Part shown: in pieces, positions 47,179-58,273 of the stretch | Position numbering within the stretch: position 1 is the first letter of the stretch | How the letters are laid out: every line of letters starts with the position of its first letter | Source of the DNA: a virus | Reading direction: 5' to 3' (one strand) | DNA: 64,000 bases | IMG/VR virus record: IMGVR_UViG_3300005541_000007 | Span: 1-64,000 of that record | Translations under genes and position numbers: made by a program | Notes under the pieces: model-generated | Databases searched by the model: none | Told to the model about the DNA's origin: nothing | The model's input: the letters and a program-made list of their open reading frames with translations, nothing else

Positions 47179-47934
47179 ATGGAACCAACACTACCTATTC
47201 GTAAACCACAATCTTCTACACCTAACGTACCAAAACCACCCGAAAAGAAAAATATTAAAGGACAGCGATCATTTGTAAAAATGCTAGATGATCGTAAATA
47301 TCTTATTGATGGTATTGAAGAATATAATGATGAAGGAGAACTTATTGATCCTTGGCGAGAAGGAAATACCTACATCCTTGTAAAACCACTCTCAGCAGAA
47401 CATTATATTAGATATAATTTAGAAAATGGAGAAACTATTGATAAAACTACAACTCTCATTATGGGATTTGAATTCTTGCAATATCAACGCTATCTAAAAA
47501 AGCAAGAAGGTGAAGATGTACCCATGATTGAAGTTAATCAAGATGGTGCATATCTAATTCCAGAAGTAGGTTATCTTTACGGTGATCCTGCTATTGCTAG
47601 GTTAAATCTTTGTGCTTATATTATGTCCTGTCATGGTAAGATTGTAGGATTTGATGAATTTGGTAAATATATTCTACATCCAATTTCACAAAAAGAAATT
47701 CTAAATCTTTTACCTGGAAACTTTGCAAATATTGTAGTTAATGAAGAAACTCAAGAAACAGTATTCTACGAACTTCTTAAAGTATCAGCAGTTTTTAATT
47801 CAGATACGATTGAAAAGGAACTTGTTAAAGATGCAGAACTAAAGGAAGATGAACTAAAAAACTTACCCAGCAAGAACGGGAATACCAAATCAGGCAAAAA
47901 GCCCTCAAAAACTCAAAACGAAATAATCGAATAA
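47179..47934 (+). CDS. Tail assembly chaperone (gpG-like)
   Basis: Between tube and TMP; slippery site near 3' end; start moved to ATG 47179, after the hairpin. Confidence 0.75.
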   Translation: MEPTLPIRKPQSSTPNVPKPPEKKNIKGQRSFVKMLDDRKYLIDGIEEYNDEGELIDPWREGNTYILVKPLSAEHYIRYNLENGETIDKTTTLIMGFEFLQYQRYLKKQEGEDVPMIEVNQDGAYLIPEVGYLYGDPAIARLNLCAYIMSCHGKIVGFDEFGKYILHPISQKEILNLLPGNFANIVVNEETQETVFYELLKVSAVFNSDTIEKELVKDAELKEDELKNLPSKNGNTKSGKKPSKTQNEIIE

Positions 47935-48146
47935 ATAATAACTCTATCCAAAATCCATTAGCTAAATCATTTGATGAACAAATGGAAGGTGAAGATTGGG
48001 GTAGAGTTTTATATTTAGTTGCTAATAAATGTGGTATTAAATGGCCTGAAGTTCTTAAACTAGAACAGTATATGCTAATTGCATATTATGAAGAAGCGGT
48101 TTATGATGAACAATTACAAATATATAATCGTGCAAGTAGTTTATAA
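47856..48146 (+). CDS. -1 frameshift extension of the tail chaperone (gpGT-like)
   Basis: A AAA AAC heptamer at 47856-47862; -1 frame open to TAA 48144-48146 (KLTQQEREYQIR...NRASSL). Confidence 0.8.
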   Translation, partial: KKLTQQEREYQIRQKALKNSKRNNRINNNSIQNPLAKSFDEQMEGEDWGRVLYLVANKCGIKWPEVLKLEQYMLIAYYEEAVYDEQLQIYNRASSL

Positions 48147-48167
48147 GGTATACATAAATAAGAAGAA

Positions 48168-51100
48168 ATGGCTGGTAACGAACAAGTATTTGTTGAATTA
48201 GGAATAGGTTTAAATCTACAAGAAGCCGAAAAGGTTAAAAAGGGTCTTCGTGACATTCTTTCAGAAGGAATGGCTACTAATGCATTTTATAGACAAAATG
48301 CAGCAGGACAGTTTATTAATCAAAGAGGACAATTTGTTTCTCACAGCGAGGTAGGTACCTATGTAGGGCGTCAAATGGCGCTAAGTGCTGCGGCGAGTAC
48401 CGGACGTATAGACTCATATATTCCAGGATCAGGTAGAGGTCCTAATTTTACTAATGTATATGGACAAAATACACAATCCGCAGATCAAGCATATAAAGTT
48501 GCAATAAGAAATGCAGAGAAATTACAAAAAGATTTAGATAAATTACAGCAACAAACCGCAAATAGGGTAAATTCTTCCATCAATCAACAAGTAAAAGATT
48601 TTGAAAAAGCAGAAAAACTTAAAACACAAATAGCAAAAGCAGAATCTAATGCACGAATAAAACAAGAGGAATTAGAAGCTGCTAAAAAATTAGAAATACA
48701 AAAAAAGTTTCAAGCACTTTCTCCACTAGGAAAACTAAATGCATGGATGCACGGCGGTACTCCACAAGCCATAGAAAATGCAGGACGTGCAGGTTCACCA
48801 CCAATCGTACCTTTTGGAAGAGGAAATAATTCTCTATTTAATGAGTTTAATCATCGAACTACAAATGTTGCACAACTTGCTGGAGTATCTTTATATGGAT
48901 TAGGTGCTGTAGGTGCTGGAGTATACGGAGTAAAACAATCTTTTGATGCTGCTGCTGAAATGAAACGTTCAGAACTTGCACTGACGGGAATTGTAAATAC
49001 TTATTATAAATTTTTAGATGCACAAGGTAAATCAGTATCTAATGCAGAAAATCTAAATCGTGCAGTTCAACACAGTCACGAATTATATCAAAAAATTGCA
49101 CAAGTAGCACCTAAAGCATTAATGTCAACACAAGATTTGGCAGATGTTTATACTGCTAATTTAGGATTACTTGCATCTAAACGTGGAGGGATTACATCGG
49201 GAAATAAAGCGGGATACAATGAAGATCAAATGCTTGAAATTATATCTAAGGTTGCTGAACTTAGAGGATTATTTGGTGACCAAGCAGGATCATTAACAGC
49301 TAATTTACAACCTTTTGGTACGGGCGTATTAAATAGACGTTCTGCTAGAACTCTACAAAATATCGGACTATCAACAGATACATGGCAATCTACTGCTAAA
49401 ACAGAAGGTCCACAAGGACTATTTAATTTATTTGAAAAAGCAATAGAAAAGTTTAAACCAGTTCTAGATTCAATTGCTAATTCTCCCGAAGGTAAGATGA
49501 AGGAATTAGATGCTGCTTTTGTAAAAATGAAGCAGACTATTGGCGTAGAACTTATGCCAGTAATTCTTCCTTTTATGGAACGATTGTCTGCATCAGTACA
49601 ACGATGGGTTTCATCCGGGGCGGCTAAAAGATTTGGGGATGATGTAGCGGGAGTATTAGCAGCACTAGGTAAAGTAGCAACCGGCACTATTTCTATTCTT
49701 TCAGGGTTTAAAGGAAATTTGGCTGAAGTATTAGGTCTAGCGGGTTTTCTAGGAGTAGTAGGAGTATTTGTAAAAGGAATGGCGGTTAAAGCTGTAGAAG
49801 CTAGAGCCGGGGTAGTAGGATTTCTTGGAGTTATAGGATTATTAGTTACTGGATTATTTACTTATATACAACAAGTAAGAGAGGGCCAACAAGGAATTGA
49901 AAAAGGTGCTATTGGACTTAGTGGACAACTATCTGGAGTAAGTCCTATGCAAATAAATGCTGCTGGTATGCAATTAAATCAAGACTTTCCCGGGGGAACA
50001 GGATTTTTACCACAAGCACAATTAGCAACTGAATATTTAGGGGTTACAAAGGCGTATAATCAAGCAGCTAGGCAAGCGTATAATAAAGAACAACAGTTAT
50101 TTAAAGGTGTACCTGGAGCAGGAAGAGAAAGTTTTGAATCATGGCTAAATAGGCAATCTGGTAAGACACGCGGGGAAGAGGCTATAGGACCATATGTAGC
50201 AGCACTTAGAGAAACAGGAAAATACTTTATAGGGCAAGAACCGAATGATGCCGCAGTTGCCGCAGAGTGGAATACATATTGGTCTAGTGAACATGCAAAT
50301 TTAAATAAACAACAAGATGCGTTAAGTGCATTTGAAAAAAATAATGCTGGATTTATTTCAGGATTACCCCTAACAAATAAAGCAGCATATCTTTTAGCTA
50401 TGTCTCAACGTGGTAAAAATATTAATTCCGCTATATCCTCCGCTAATTCATCAGTTGTAGGTACTGGGGGAGTAGGGGGAGCAAGTGGAATTATTGGAGC
50501 AGCTTTTCGAGGAACAAAACCTTTTAATGTGGTTGGTAATACTGATTTAACCCCCCCACCTAAAGTCACAGGCGGTGACCCAGGAATACAATATACTACA
50601 CCAGATCGCTCAGATACTATTATGGCGATTGCTAAAGCACAAGCAGATGTAGCATTTAGTCAAGAATACATTGATGCAATGCCAACCAATACACCGGCAG
50701 ATCGTATTGCTAAAGCTTCTGCAATTATGCGGTTACAACAGAAACAAGAAATACTAGCTAGGGCGCAATATAGAGATAAAATGCAGGGATTATCGGGTGA
50801 TCCCGTAGCATTTAAGAAAGGGTTACAAGTATCTCCACTACCTGATGATCCCGCTACTGCTTTTAAACTATTATCACATAATACTAAAAATCAAAATGAA
50901 GCATTACAAGCATATAAAGATGAATTAAATAGACAAGAAATATCTAAACGTGCAGCATTACGAGGGTCAAGAGAAGAATTACAAGCGGGATTTTCAGAAT
51001 ATTCGCGCTTAGCTACAGCGGGAGCAGCAGGAGTAGCAGATAGTTTTGCATTACGTGGAACATTAGCAGCAGGAACAGGTGGAAGTGCTACTGCTGTTTA

Positions 51101-52607
51101 TAGTGCTAAGATGCAAGAATTAAATCAACGAGAAGTTGAAGCACGTATTAGACTTAATGAATCGCGTAAACTACAATATATGGGAGCATTTATTTCTGGT
51201 AATGGTCCCGCCACACAAGAAGCAACTAATGCTATGAATGCAGAACTTGCTAAAATAGCAGTAGAGAAACAAACAGTAAAGTTTGCATATAATAGAGAAC
51301 AGGCACAATTTACTACAGAAATGGCCTTTAACGCAGCACAGCGAGGTATAGGAATATCCTCGCTGGGAATGAGTAGTCTTAATTTCGCGGGACGTAGAAG
51401 TATTGCAGAAGCTACATTTAATGCAGAGATAGCAAGAGCTAACGGTACATATAGCCCACAGGAGCGTCTAGGTAACCCACAGACAGCCGCAAGATATATA
51501 GATGCAGTAAACTCAGCACGAGCAGCATACACTAAAAATTTATTTGAAATTAATGCTTCCGCAGGACAAAACGAAGTAGAAATGTTTATGGCCGCACATG
51601 CTGAAGGGATGGGCCAATCAGGACCACAAGGACAAATAGCATTAAAGAATTATAGAATTGCTTTAGCTAATCAAAGAATTAAGGGCGCTAATCTATCAAC
51701 ACCAGAAGGAGTAAAAAGTGCCGAATCAGATTCCTTATTAATTCAAGCAATAGAAAAGCAAATTAAAGCTATTGAAGCAAATACAGTATATCTAGGAATA
51801 TTATCAGGTAAAAGCTTAGAAGCAGCAAAATCTGCTGCATATGGAAGTGCGGCACCTGGATTTGTCGGTTCAATGGCAGACACATTTAATACTCAGGCTG
51901 CATATTATACAAGTTTACAGGGGGATGATTTAACAAAGTTTGCAGCAGCTAGAGGCGTTAGAACTGTAGGAAGAACACCTGAACAAATACGAAATGATTT
52001 ACAGATTCAAGATTATGGTTCAGCGCATAAAGGATTTCAATTAGGTGCAGCAGCAGATGCCGCTGTAGGGGCGTTGATGGGACCAAAACGAAGTCTTACT
52101 ATTGGAAGTGTAATTGAAGCCGTAGGAGGAAGTCAAAACTCATTGTTAAATAATGCATTAAGAGATATTCAACGACAAGGAACATCAGTAACTAAAAATG
52201 GAGTAACCCTTCCAGGTAAATTAATTAATGGCGGTAATATCGGAGATTATGGACAAATACTTGCATCAGTGATTGGTGGTAATCTTGGTGGAGATTCTAG
52301 ATCGGGATCAAGTATTGGTGGTGCAATTGGCTCAGGAATAGGAAGTATTATTCCAGGATTAGGAACGGTTACTGGTGGAATTTTAGGTACATTAGGTGGT
52401 GGACTTATTGGTTCATTATTTGGTAGACAAGAAGACCCCGCTACAGCCGCTTATCGAAGAAAGATCGCAGAATTACTTACTAGAATTGATAAATCTTTAC
52501 GTCCCGTAGGAGATTACTATAGAACTAAGGTTAATGTTTATTCTGCTGCTTCAGCTTACGTGGGCGGTAGAGCATTAGGCGCGGGTGATCGGTTAGGTGC
52601 TATTTAA
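48168..52607 (+). CDS. Tape measure protein
   Basis: 1479 aa, Ala/Gly/Gln-rich helical, central hydrophobic segments, Gly-rich C-terminus; follows chaperone. Confidence 0.9.
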   Translation: MAGNEQVFVELGIGLNLQEAEKVKKGLRDILSEGMATNAFYRQNAAGQFINQRGQFVSHSEVGTYVGRQMALSAAASTGRIDSYIPGSGRGPNFTNVYGQNTQSADQAYKVAIRNAEKLQKDLDKLQQQTANRVNSSINQQVKDFEKAEKLKTQIAKAESNARIKQEELEAAKKLEIQKKFQALSPLGKLNAWMHGGTPQAIENAGRAGSPPIVPFGRGNNSLFNEFNHRTTNVAQLAGVSLYGLGAVGAGVYGVKQSFDAAAEMKRSELALTGIVNTYYKFLDAQGKSVSNAENLNRAVQHSHELYQKIAQVAPKALMSTQDLADVYTANLGLLASKRGGITSGNKAGYNEDQMLEIISKVAELRGLFGDQAGSLTANLQPFGTGVLNRRSARTLQNIGLSTDTWQSTAKTEGPQGLFNLFEKAIEKFKPVLDSIANSPEGKMKELDAAFVKMKQTIGVELMPVILPFMERLSASVQRWVSSGAAKRFGDDVAGVLAALGKVATGTISILSGFKGNLAEVLGLAGFLGVVGVFVKGMAVKAVEARAGVVGFLGVIGLLVTGLFTYIQQVREGQQGIEKGAIGLSGQLSGVSPMQINAAGMQLNQDFPGGTGFLPQAQLATEYLGVTKAYNQAARQAYNKEQQLFKGVPGAGRESFESWLNRQSGKTRGEEAIGPYVAALRETGKYFIGQEPNDAAVAAEWNTYWSSEHANLNKQQDALSAFEKNNAGFISGLPLTNKAAYLLAMSQRGKNINSAISSANSSVVGTGGVGGASGIIGAAFRGTKPFNVVGNTDLTPPPKVTGGDPGIQYTTPDRSDTIMAIAKAQADVAFSQEYIDAMPTNTPADRIAKASAIMRLQQKQEILARAQYRDKMQGLSGDPVAFKKGLQVSPLPDDPATAFKLLSHNTKNQNEALQAYKDELNRQEISKRAALRGSREELQAGFSEYSRLATAGAAGVADSFALRGTLAAGTGGSATAVYSAKMQELNQREVEARIRLNESRKLQYMGAFISGNGPATQEATNAMNAELAKIAVEKQTVKFAYNREQAQFTTEMAFNAAQRGIGISSLGMSSLNFAGRRSIAEATFNAEIARANGTYSPQERLGNPQTAARYIDAVNSARAAYTKNLFEINASAGQNEVEMFMAAHAEGMGQSGPQGQIALKNYRIALANQRIKGANLSTPEGVKSAESDSLLIQAIEKQIKAIEANTVYLGILSGKSLEAAKSAAYGSAAPGFVGSMADTFNTQAAYYTSLQGDDLTKFAAARGVRTVGRTPEQIRNDLQIQDYGSAHKGFQLGAAADAAVGALMGPKRSLTIGSVIEAVGGSQNSLLNNALRDIQRQGTSVTKNGVTLPGKLINGGNIGDYGQILASVIGGNLGGDSRSGSSIGGAIGSGIGSIIPGLGTVTGGILGTLGGGLIGSLFGRQEDPATAAYRRKIAELLTRIDKSLRPVGDYYRTKVNVYSAASAYVGGRALGAGDRLGAI

Positions 52608-53318
52608 ATGTCAGTTTCCGGCTTATTTAACATTGAAGATAGATTTATCGTTCAAGGTGTGCAATTTGGTTGTACACCAGGATCATTTGAACCAGTACAA
52701 CAATCTATGTATCAAGTAAGGTCTAGAACTACTCCTATGCTTTATGGGCGTAATTTAACTGTAGTGCAACGGCCTGAAGATGTAGGAGGAAATGATATTA
52801 ACTCTAGACAAATATATCATCAAGCATGGGAAGCTACATGGGATGCAGATTCTTTTATGTATGCAGATATGAAAGATTTTTTAATGAATTTACAAACTAC
52901 CAATACTTCCTTCTGGTTACAATATGACGACCATATGAGTAGAGTAGGAGGATATTTAATTCCCGTAGATACAACTTATCTTACATATGCAACACCCACC
53001 TATCCAATAGAACCATTTGCTAATACTCCTACTACACCACAATCTTATTCAAATCATATCTATGTAGACGGTGTACCTATATCAGCAGGGTATACTGTAG
53101 ATAATGAACGGGGTATAGTATTGTTTGGTACACCTTATACCTCTAGTAATGTATTAACTATGGATTATACATGGAAGTGTTATTGTAGAATTTCTGAATG
53201 TGTGTTAGAACCTGTGGATTATCCTCAAGGAATATATGTTGGTAAGGTACTTTTTCAGCAGATGCCGCCCAACAACTCAGATACCGCGTGGAGTATACAA
53301 ATTCCTCTGAACAGGTAA
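52608..53318 (+). CDS. Distal tail protein-like
   Basis: Directly after TMP; IYVDGV..GYTVD..GIVLF..P..VLT.DY beta domain. Confidence 0.6.
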   Translation: MSVSGLFNIEDRFIVQGVQFGCTPGSFEPVQQSMYQVRSRTTPMLYGRNLTVVQRPEDVGGNDINSRQIYHQAWEATWDADSFMYADMKDFLMNLQTTNTSFWLQYDDHMSRVGGYLIPVDTTYLTYATPTYPIEPFANTPTTPQSYSNHIYVDGVPISAGYTVDNERGIVLFGTPYTSSNVLTMDYTWKCYCRISECVLEPVDYPQGIYVGKVLFQQMPPNNSDTAWSIQIPLNR

Positions 53319-53321
53319 ACC

Positions 53322-54086
53322 ATGTCTACTACGCTATTTCCAAACGTTTTCATCGTAAGAGGCGTCCAATTTGTAACTTCCCCCGGCAAATGGACTGCTA
53401 TTAATCAATCTCCTTACGGCGTTAGAGAATCAGTTGTAGGTACCGCCGATGGTTCTAATTTAGTAACTGTGCATACTCCAGCAGATATTCTTAATACCGG
53501 AATAGGAATATCACAAAGAGTAAATAAAAACCAAGCATTTACAGGTACTTGGGAACAAGGATCATGGATGGATAATACAATGTATAATTACTTAAAACAA
53601 TTGTATGAAACTAATACTCCTTTTTGGCTACAGTTTGATGATGAAATGTCTAGAACTGCTAATCCTGTGATGTTTGCTAATCCTAGTGGAGATTTACAAA
53701 CATTTTTCTCTCCGACATATCCAGCATTTCCGTATGGATTTACGCCTTCTAATATTGCTTTTCATTCTGAATCTATGGTCTACGATACGACTAAGTTTTT
53801 TATAAATAATGTATCAGGTGTAGGTGCTTTAACCCTATTATACAACCAAGAATTTGGGATATATAAAACTAGCGCACCACTCTCAGCAGGAGCAATTTTT
53901 TCAGGATTATATACTTGGAGACTATATTGTAGAATTACAAGTTTTATTATGCATGGTTTCGGGCTTGCGGACCATGTTTACAGCGGGTCCGTAACGTTCG
54001 AGGGTTTGAAATTTCCATACTTAGACGTGGATTATTATAACATAATTATCCCCGGACTAACTACAAATGTATGGGAGAATAATTAA
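53322..54086 (+). CDS. Distal tail protein-like (paralog of 52608)
   Basis: Shares FIV.GVQF..PG, TNT.FWLQ.DD.MSR, PTYP and YTW..YCRI with 52608. Confidence 0.6.
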   Translation: MSTTLFPNVFIVRGVQFVTSPGKWTAINQSPYGVRESVVGTADGSNLVTVHTPADILNTGIGISQRVNKNQAFTGTWEQGSWMDNTMYNYLKQLYETNTPFWLQFDDEMSRTANPVMFANPSGDLQTFFSPTYPAFPYGFTPSNIAFHSESMVYDTTKFFINNVSGVGALTLLYNQEFGIYKTSAPLSAGAIFSGLYTWRLYCRITSFIMHGFGLADHVYSGSVTFEGLKFPYLDVDYYNIIIPGLTTNVWENN

Positions 54087-56824
54087 TGTCCAACATTCCG
54101 AACATAGATGCCTATCTAGCCTCTGGCAACTTGGAAGTCACGGACACATTCAACGCGTATTCATTAACTATTAATCCTTGTTATGCGAACCTGCTGGACG
54201 AAAGCGTTGACACCGATGATATACCATACGCACTCGGCACCACATATGAAGCAGTAGTATCAGCACAAGGACCATTACATTATTATAGACTAGGCGAAAC
54301 AACAGGAACCTCTGCTGCTGACATAGGAAGCAATCCACAAGCAGGGACTTATACAGTTACCATTACTGGAGCAAATAACTTTTCTAGTTCTTTACCGGCT
54401 GAAGTAGGAACAGACTACTCTAAATACATGAATTTTTCTCCACTAGGTAATCTAATACTACCACCAGGAATAGCAGATGACTTTCTTCTTAATGCAGAAA
54501 ATAATAATCCGTGGTCAGTAACATTTTGGATTAGATTCCCATCTTCAGTATATGGAATATTAGGAGCAGATAGATTATTTGATGTTTATTATTCCAATCC
54601 TTATGGTGGAACTGCTGCATTTAACCTTAATGGTAAATATAAACACATCACTAATACAGTAATTTTAACGCAAGGCGGTGTAGGAGACTTAACCGCCGAT
54701 TCTGTACAGTGTGGAGATATGCAATTAGATACTTGGTATCACGTTGCAATGGTAAATAATAACACTGGTAATTCTACAACATCTACAGGAACTATATTCG
54801 TAAATGCTGTAGTAGGACAACAAATTGCAATTCCTACAACTATATTTAGCCGTGGTGCTATTGGAGGAAGTAGAATTTTTTGGTGGGGCGCTGATACTAC
54901 AGATCATTTAGCTCCCGCAATGTATATAGATGAAATTGCCTTATTCAATAGAGCATTACTTCCATCTGAAGTTACCCTACAACATTCTACAGGTGCAGCA
55001 TTATCTGCTACAACTACAGGAGGGCAAACAGTTACAGTAGGTAGTCAAGCTGCTACATCTACAGTGTTGAATGTTATGTCCACCACAAATATACTTAATC
55101 AAAATGGTGGAATAGGAATTGAATTATATATTGGAACTAATCCTGCACAAGAAGTGGAAACAAGCAATGTATTAAATTCTACGCAAACAACACTACTTAC
55201 GGGGCTAACAACGGGCACAGGAACGTTTATGGGCCTTACCGCGCCTCTTAGTGGTACAGACCTTGCATCAACTAATTCAACAAATGCTGCACCCGTAGTT
55301 ACATCAGCAACACACAATTTTGTTGCAGCAGATGTAGGGCAAGCAATTGATATTACAGTCGGGACAAACTGGATACAAGGTATTTATACAATTATTAGTT
55401 GTGCTGCTAATGCTGCTACTCTAGATCGTCCGTGTGGTACAGTAGCATCAATTACTTCAGGCACATGGAATGAAGGCGCATTAGTTAGAATTAACTATAT
55501 TCCACCATTGCAATATGGATCGTGTAATCCCTATACACTTCCAACATTTAATGCAGCAGTTGATATTACGGGATATGTAGCAGAGGATTTTTCAGTAACC
55601 TATTCTAGAAATAACGTTACATCATCCGCTACCCTAAATGGAGTAGATCAATATGCATCAGAATATTTAGCTAATCTATTACAGCCAAATACTATGGTTA
55701 GATGGCAACGTAGAGTTATAAATAAAACAGAAGGACTAGACACAGGATTTGTAACCTATGCAACATTATATGTTAATGGACCTATAGGGGAAGCAGTAGA
55801 TGCTACTACGGGGGAAAAGAGATTACCCATTCTACTTTCAGGCGTAACTAAACTACTTAGTTTTGATATTGTTAATTATCCAGTTACACCAGATTTAATT
55901 CATGTTCCACGTACAGCAATGGTACAAACTTACTCTGATGGAAATATTACAATCTATCAAGTATTAAGAGCAGGATCAACTAGCGCATATTATTACAACT
56001 GGGCAACAGCGCCTACACCTAGAATGTGGGCATTAAAATTTAGTCATGTAGGTAATGACGTAGTTTCTGTTGGAGATACAATTCCCATTACTACATCTAA
56101 TGGAAATATACAAACTGTCGGTGGAGCAGGAGAGGTAATTTTCAATACTAATTACCTTACATCAGCATTTTATGATTCATCACTTAAAGCAGGATTTGGA
56201 TTAGGCAATCCTCAAGAAATTGATATTGATTTTTATCGCTATGCTACTTATGAAGATATTACAGTAGCACCGTTTGTAAGTGCTGCTGTTGTAAAGGTAG
56301 GAACTCTTATTTCACAGGCTACTTTTACGGTTAATAATGCTACAGTAAATGGAATTACTCCTTTAATGGCGGGGCAAACATACGCAGGAAGAACTATTTT
56401 TATTAAATCAGGAAATAGTTTAGGACGTAGTTTTAAAATAGTTACAGAACCCGTTACAGCAGGAGGAAGTAATATGAAATTTAATGTAAAAACTATTGAT
56501 AATCAATTATATGATATTACTACAATGTCTATGACAGCGGGAGACTTAATTCAAATTACTGACGCTAATATGATTCAAGATGCATTATTAAAAGTATTAA
56601 CTAGAGCAGGATTTCAATTTCAAAATTCTTCTGATCCTTTTTATGCAGTAATTACACCACCACCAATTCCAGTGCAAGTTCCCCCATTTGATTATGTGTA
56701 TAATAATAACATTAGAGAAATGGATTTATTTAATGAAATTATACAATATGGACCTCCCAACTATTTTCCAAGAGAAGAAGCGGATGGTTCTTTAACAATC
56801 GCTTCAAGAGTACAACTAGTTTAA
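54086..56824 (+). CDS. Tail tip/hub protein with LamG (concanavalin A-like) domain
   Basis: PLHYYRLGE..G..A.D, WSVTFWI, DTWYHVAMV and IDEIALFNRAL..EV; one copy of the repeated module. Confidence 0.75.
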   Translation: MSNIPNIDAYLASGNLEVTDTFNAYSLTINPCYANLLDESVDTDDIPYALGTTYEAVVSAQGPLHYYRLGETTGTSAADIGSNPQAGTYTVTITGANNFSSSLPAEVGTDYSKYMNFSPLGNLILPPGIADDFLLNAENNNPWSVTFWIRFPSSVYGILGADRLFDVYYSNPYGGTAAFNLNGKYKHITNTVILTQGGVGDLTADSVQCGDMQLDTWYHVAMVNNNTGNSTTSTGTIFVNAVVGQQIAIPTTIFSRGAIGGSRIFWWGADTTDHLAPAMYIDEIALFNRALLPSEVTLQHSTGAALSATTTGGQTVTVGSQAATSTVLNVMSTTNILNQNGGIGIELYIGTNPAQEVETSNVLNSTQTTLLTGLTTGTGTFMGLTAPLSGTDLASTNSTNAAPVVTSATHNFVAADVGQAIDITVGTNWIQGIYTIISCAANAATLDRPCGTVASITSGTWNEGALVRINYIPPLQYGSCNPYTLPTFNAAVDITGYVAEDFSVTYSRNNVTSSATLNGVDQYASEYLANLLQPNTMVRWQRRVINKTEGLDTGFVTYATLYVNGPIGEAVDATTGEKRLPILLSGVTKLLSFDIVNYPVTPDLIHVPRTAMVQTYSDGNITIYQVLRAGSTSAYYYNWATAPTPRMWALKFSHVGNDVVSVGDTIPITTSNGNIQTVGGAGEVIFNTNYLTSAFYDSSLKAGFGLGNPQEIDIDFYRYATYEDITVAPFVSAAVVKVGTLISQATFTVNNATVNGITPLMAGQTYAGRTIFIKSGNSLGRSFKIVTEPVTAGGSNMKFNVKTIDNQLYDITTMSMTAGDLIQITDANMIQDALLKVLTRAGFQFQNSSDPFYAVITPPPIPVQVPPFDYVYNNNIREMDLFNEIIQYGPPNYFPREEADGSLTIASRVQLV

Positions 56825-58267
56825 ATGGCATACGATCACGATATTTCACAATCTACAGCGGCTACCTCTAAAGATAGTTCAGATTATGGTATTTACACAA
56901 GAGTAATTTGTCAAGGACAAGGAACAGGTAATTATAATGTAGGAACTAGTGCCGCTTATAGTGCTACAGGTGGAGGATCATATGCAGGATCATATAAAAC
57001 AGATCAAGTATATCGTGCAACTACAGGAATATCTACTACTGTAACAGGCGTTAACACCGCAGGAAGTAAAATCCTAAACATGGGAAGTACTACAGGAATA
57101 TTGCCTGGAATGTCTCTATATATTAATATCGGTGTAGGTCCAACATTTCAAGTATGTGTTGTAGATTTTATCAACTCTACTACTCAGGTAGGACTCATAA
57201 ATGCATTATCATCTACTACAGCAGGAACAGAAATTATTCATGTCTTCAATACAGCACCACAAGGAAATGCTTATACAGCCGGGACAGTAGATTATTTCAT
57301 CAATCAAATTTTTGATACACAAGCAACTACACCTGAAGTAACGTTTAATGGTAATACTACACCGCCTTTTGATTATGGAAGAATATACGATTCAGAAAGT
57401 TCTCTATACACAAGATCATGGACGATGGCTGATTCTGATATATTTTGGGTAGATTTAGGCCGTAATCCTGCTACTGGTAATGCTTGGTTAATTGATTTTC
57501 TACAAATAACAAGTTTTAATCCTTTTAAAGATAATACTACAACACCTACAGTACCACAAACTGTTTATATTTACTATATGACAGAAGAGGATTTTGTGGC
57601 ACAAACAGGCTATTATCCTCCTGTTAGTCCTGCTACTGTAGTGAGTGGTAAAGCCATTGTTGATCCTATTTTATACAATTGGATGGGAGGATTTTTTATT
57701 AGAGATTCATCCGCGTGGACACTTCTTACAGATGTTATACAAATGCAAGATGGACAAACTAATATAGATGTATCACAATTTATAAAACAACGAGCGACAA
57801 AACTAAGATTTTTAAAGATAAGATGTACACAACCTTGGTATCAATTTCCTAATTCTGGAATTACTGGGGGTAGAGCAGCATTTGTTATGTCCGGTTTTAA
57901 TGTATGGCTATCTAGAAATATTGTAAGAACTGCCGAATATGGATATTCACCTAATTTTAATTCCACTGCTAATCTTGCTACAAGAGCAACTTTAATGCGT
58001 AGAACAATGGTGCTTGAAAACAATATTGCTATTACTGACGGTACTACAGCAGCACAATTTGCATTAAACGATCTAACTGAAATGGTTACAGACTTTGTTC
58101 CAATTAATTTTGCTGTAGAAGTTTCTCCATTACAACTTTTCGATACGGTACAATATATAGATGCTGAAACAAATATTACTGAAAAATTCTTTGTTTCAGA
58201 AATTACTCTTAATCGTAATGGACCGCATACATGTACAGCAATTGACTACTCGGCTGTTCTTCAGTAG
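56825..58267 (+). CDS. Tail tip protein
   Basis: IYTRVICQG start; C-terminal SPLQLFDTVQY.D...FFVSEI OB-like tail motif. Confidence 0.65.
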   Translation: MAYDHDISQSTAATSKDSSDYGIYTRVICQGQGTGNYNVGTSAAYSATGGGSYAGSYKTDQVYRATTGISTTVTGVNTAGSKILNMGSTTGILPGMSLYINIGVGPTFQVCVVDFINSTTQVGLINALSSTTAGTEIIHVFNTAPQGNAYTAGTVDYFINQIFDTQATTPEVTFNGNTTPPFDYGRIYDSESSLYTRSWTMADSDIFWVDLGRNPATGNAWLIDFLQITSFNPFKDNTTTPTVPQTVYIYYMTEEDFVAQTGYYPPVSPATVVSGKAIVDPILYNWMGGFFIRDSSAWTLLTDVIQMQDGQTNIDVSQFIKQRATKLRFLKIRCTQPWYQFPNSGITGGRAAFVMSGFNVWLSRNIVRTAEYGYSPNFNSTANLATRATLMRRTMVLENNIAITDGTTAAQFALNDLTEMVTDFVPINFAVEVSPLQLFDTVQYIDAETNITEKFFVSEITLNRNGPHTCTAIDYSAVLQ

Positions 58268-58273
58268 GAGAAT

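Noticed and set aside
49226-51532. Antisense ORFs inside the tape measure gene, and similar shadow ORFs (2393, 4668, 8102, 9825, 11439, 12379, 12964, 15297, 16211, 16672, 17384, 18738, 19544-20056, 26519, 33748, 33752, 38834-39358, 41815, 45393, 45547, 54725, 55099, 57841, 60735)
   Set aside because: They overlap better-supported genes and show no motifs or initiation signals; best explained as codon-bias shadows
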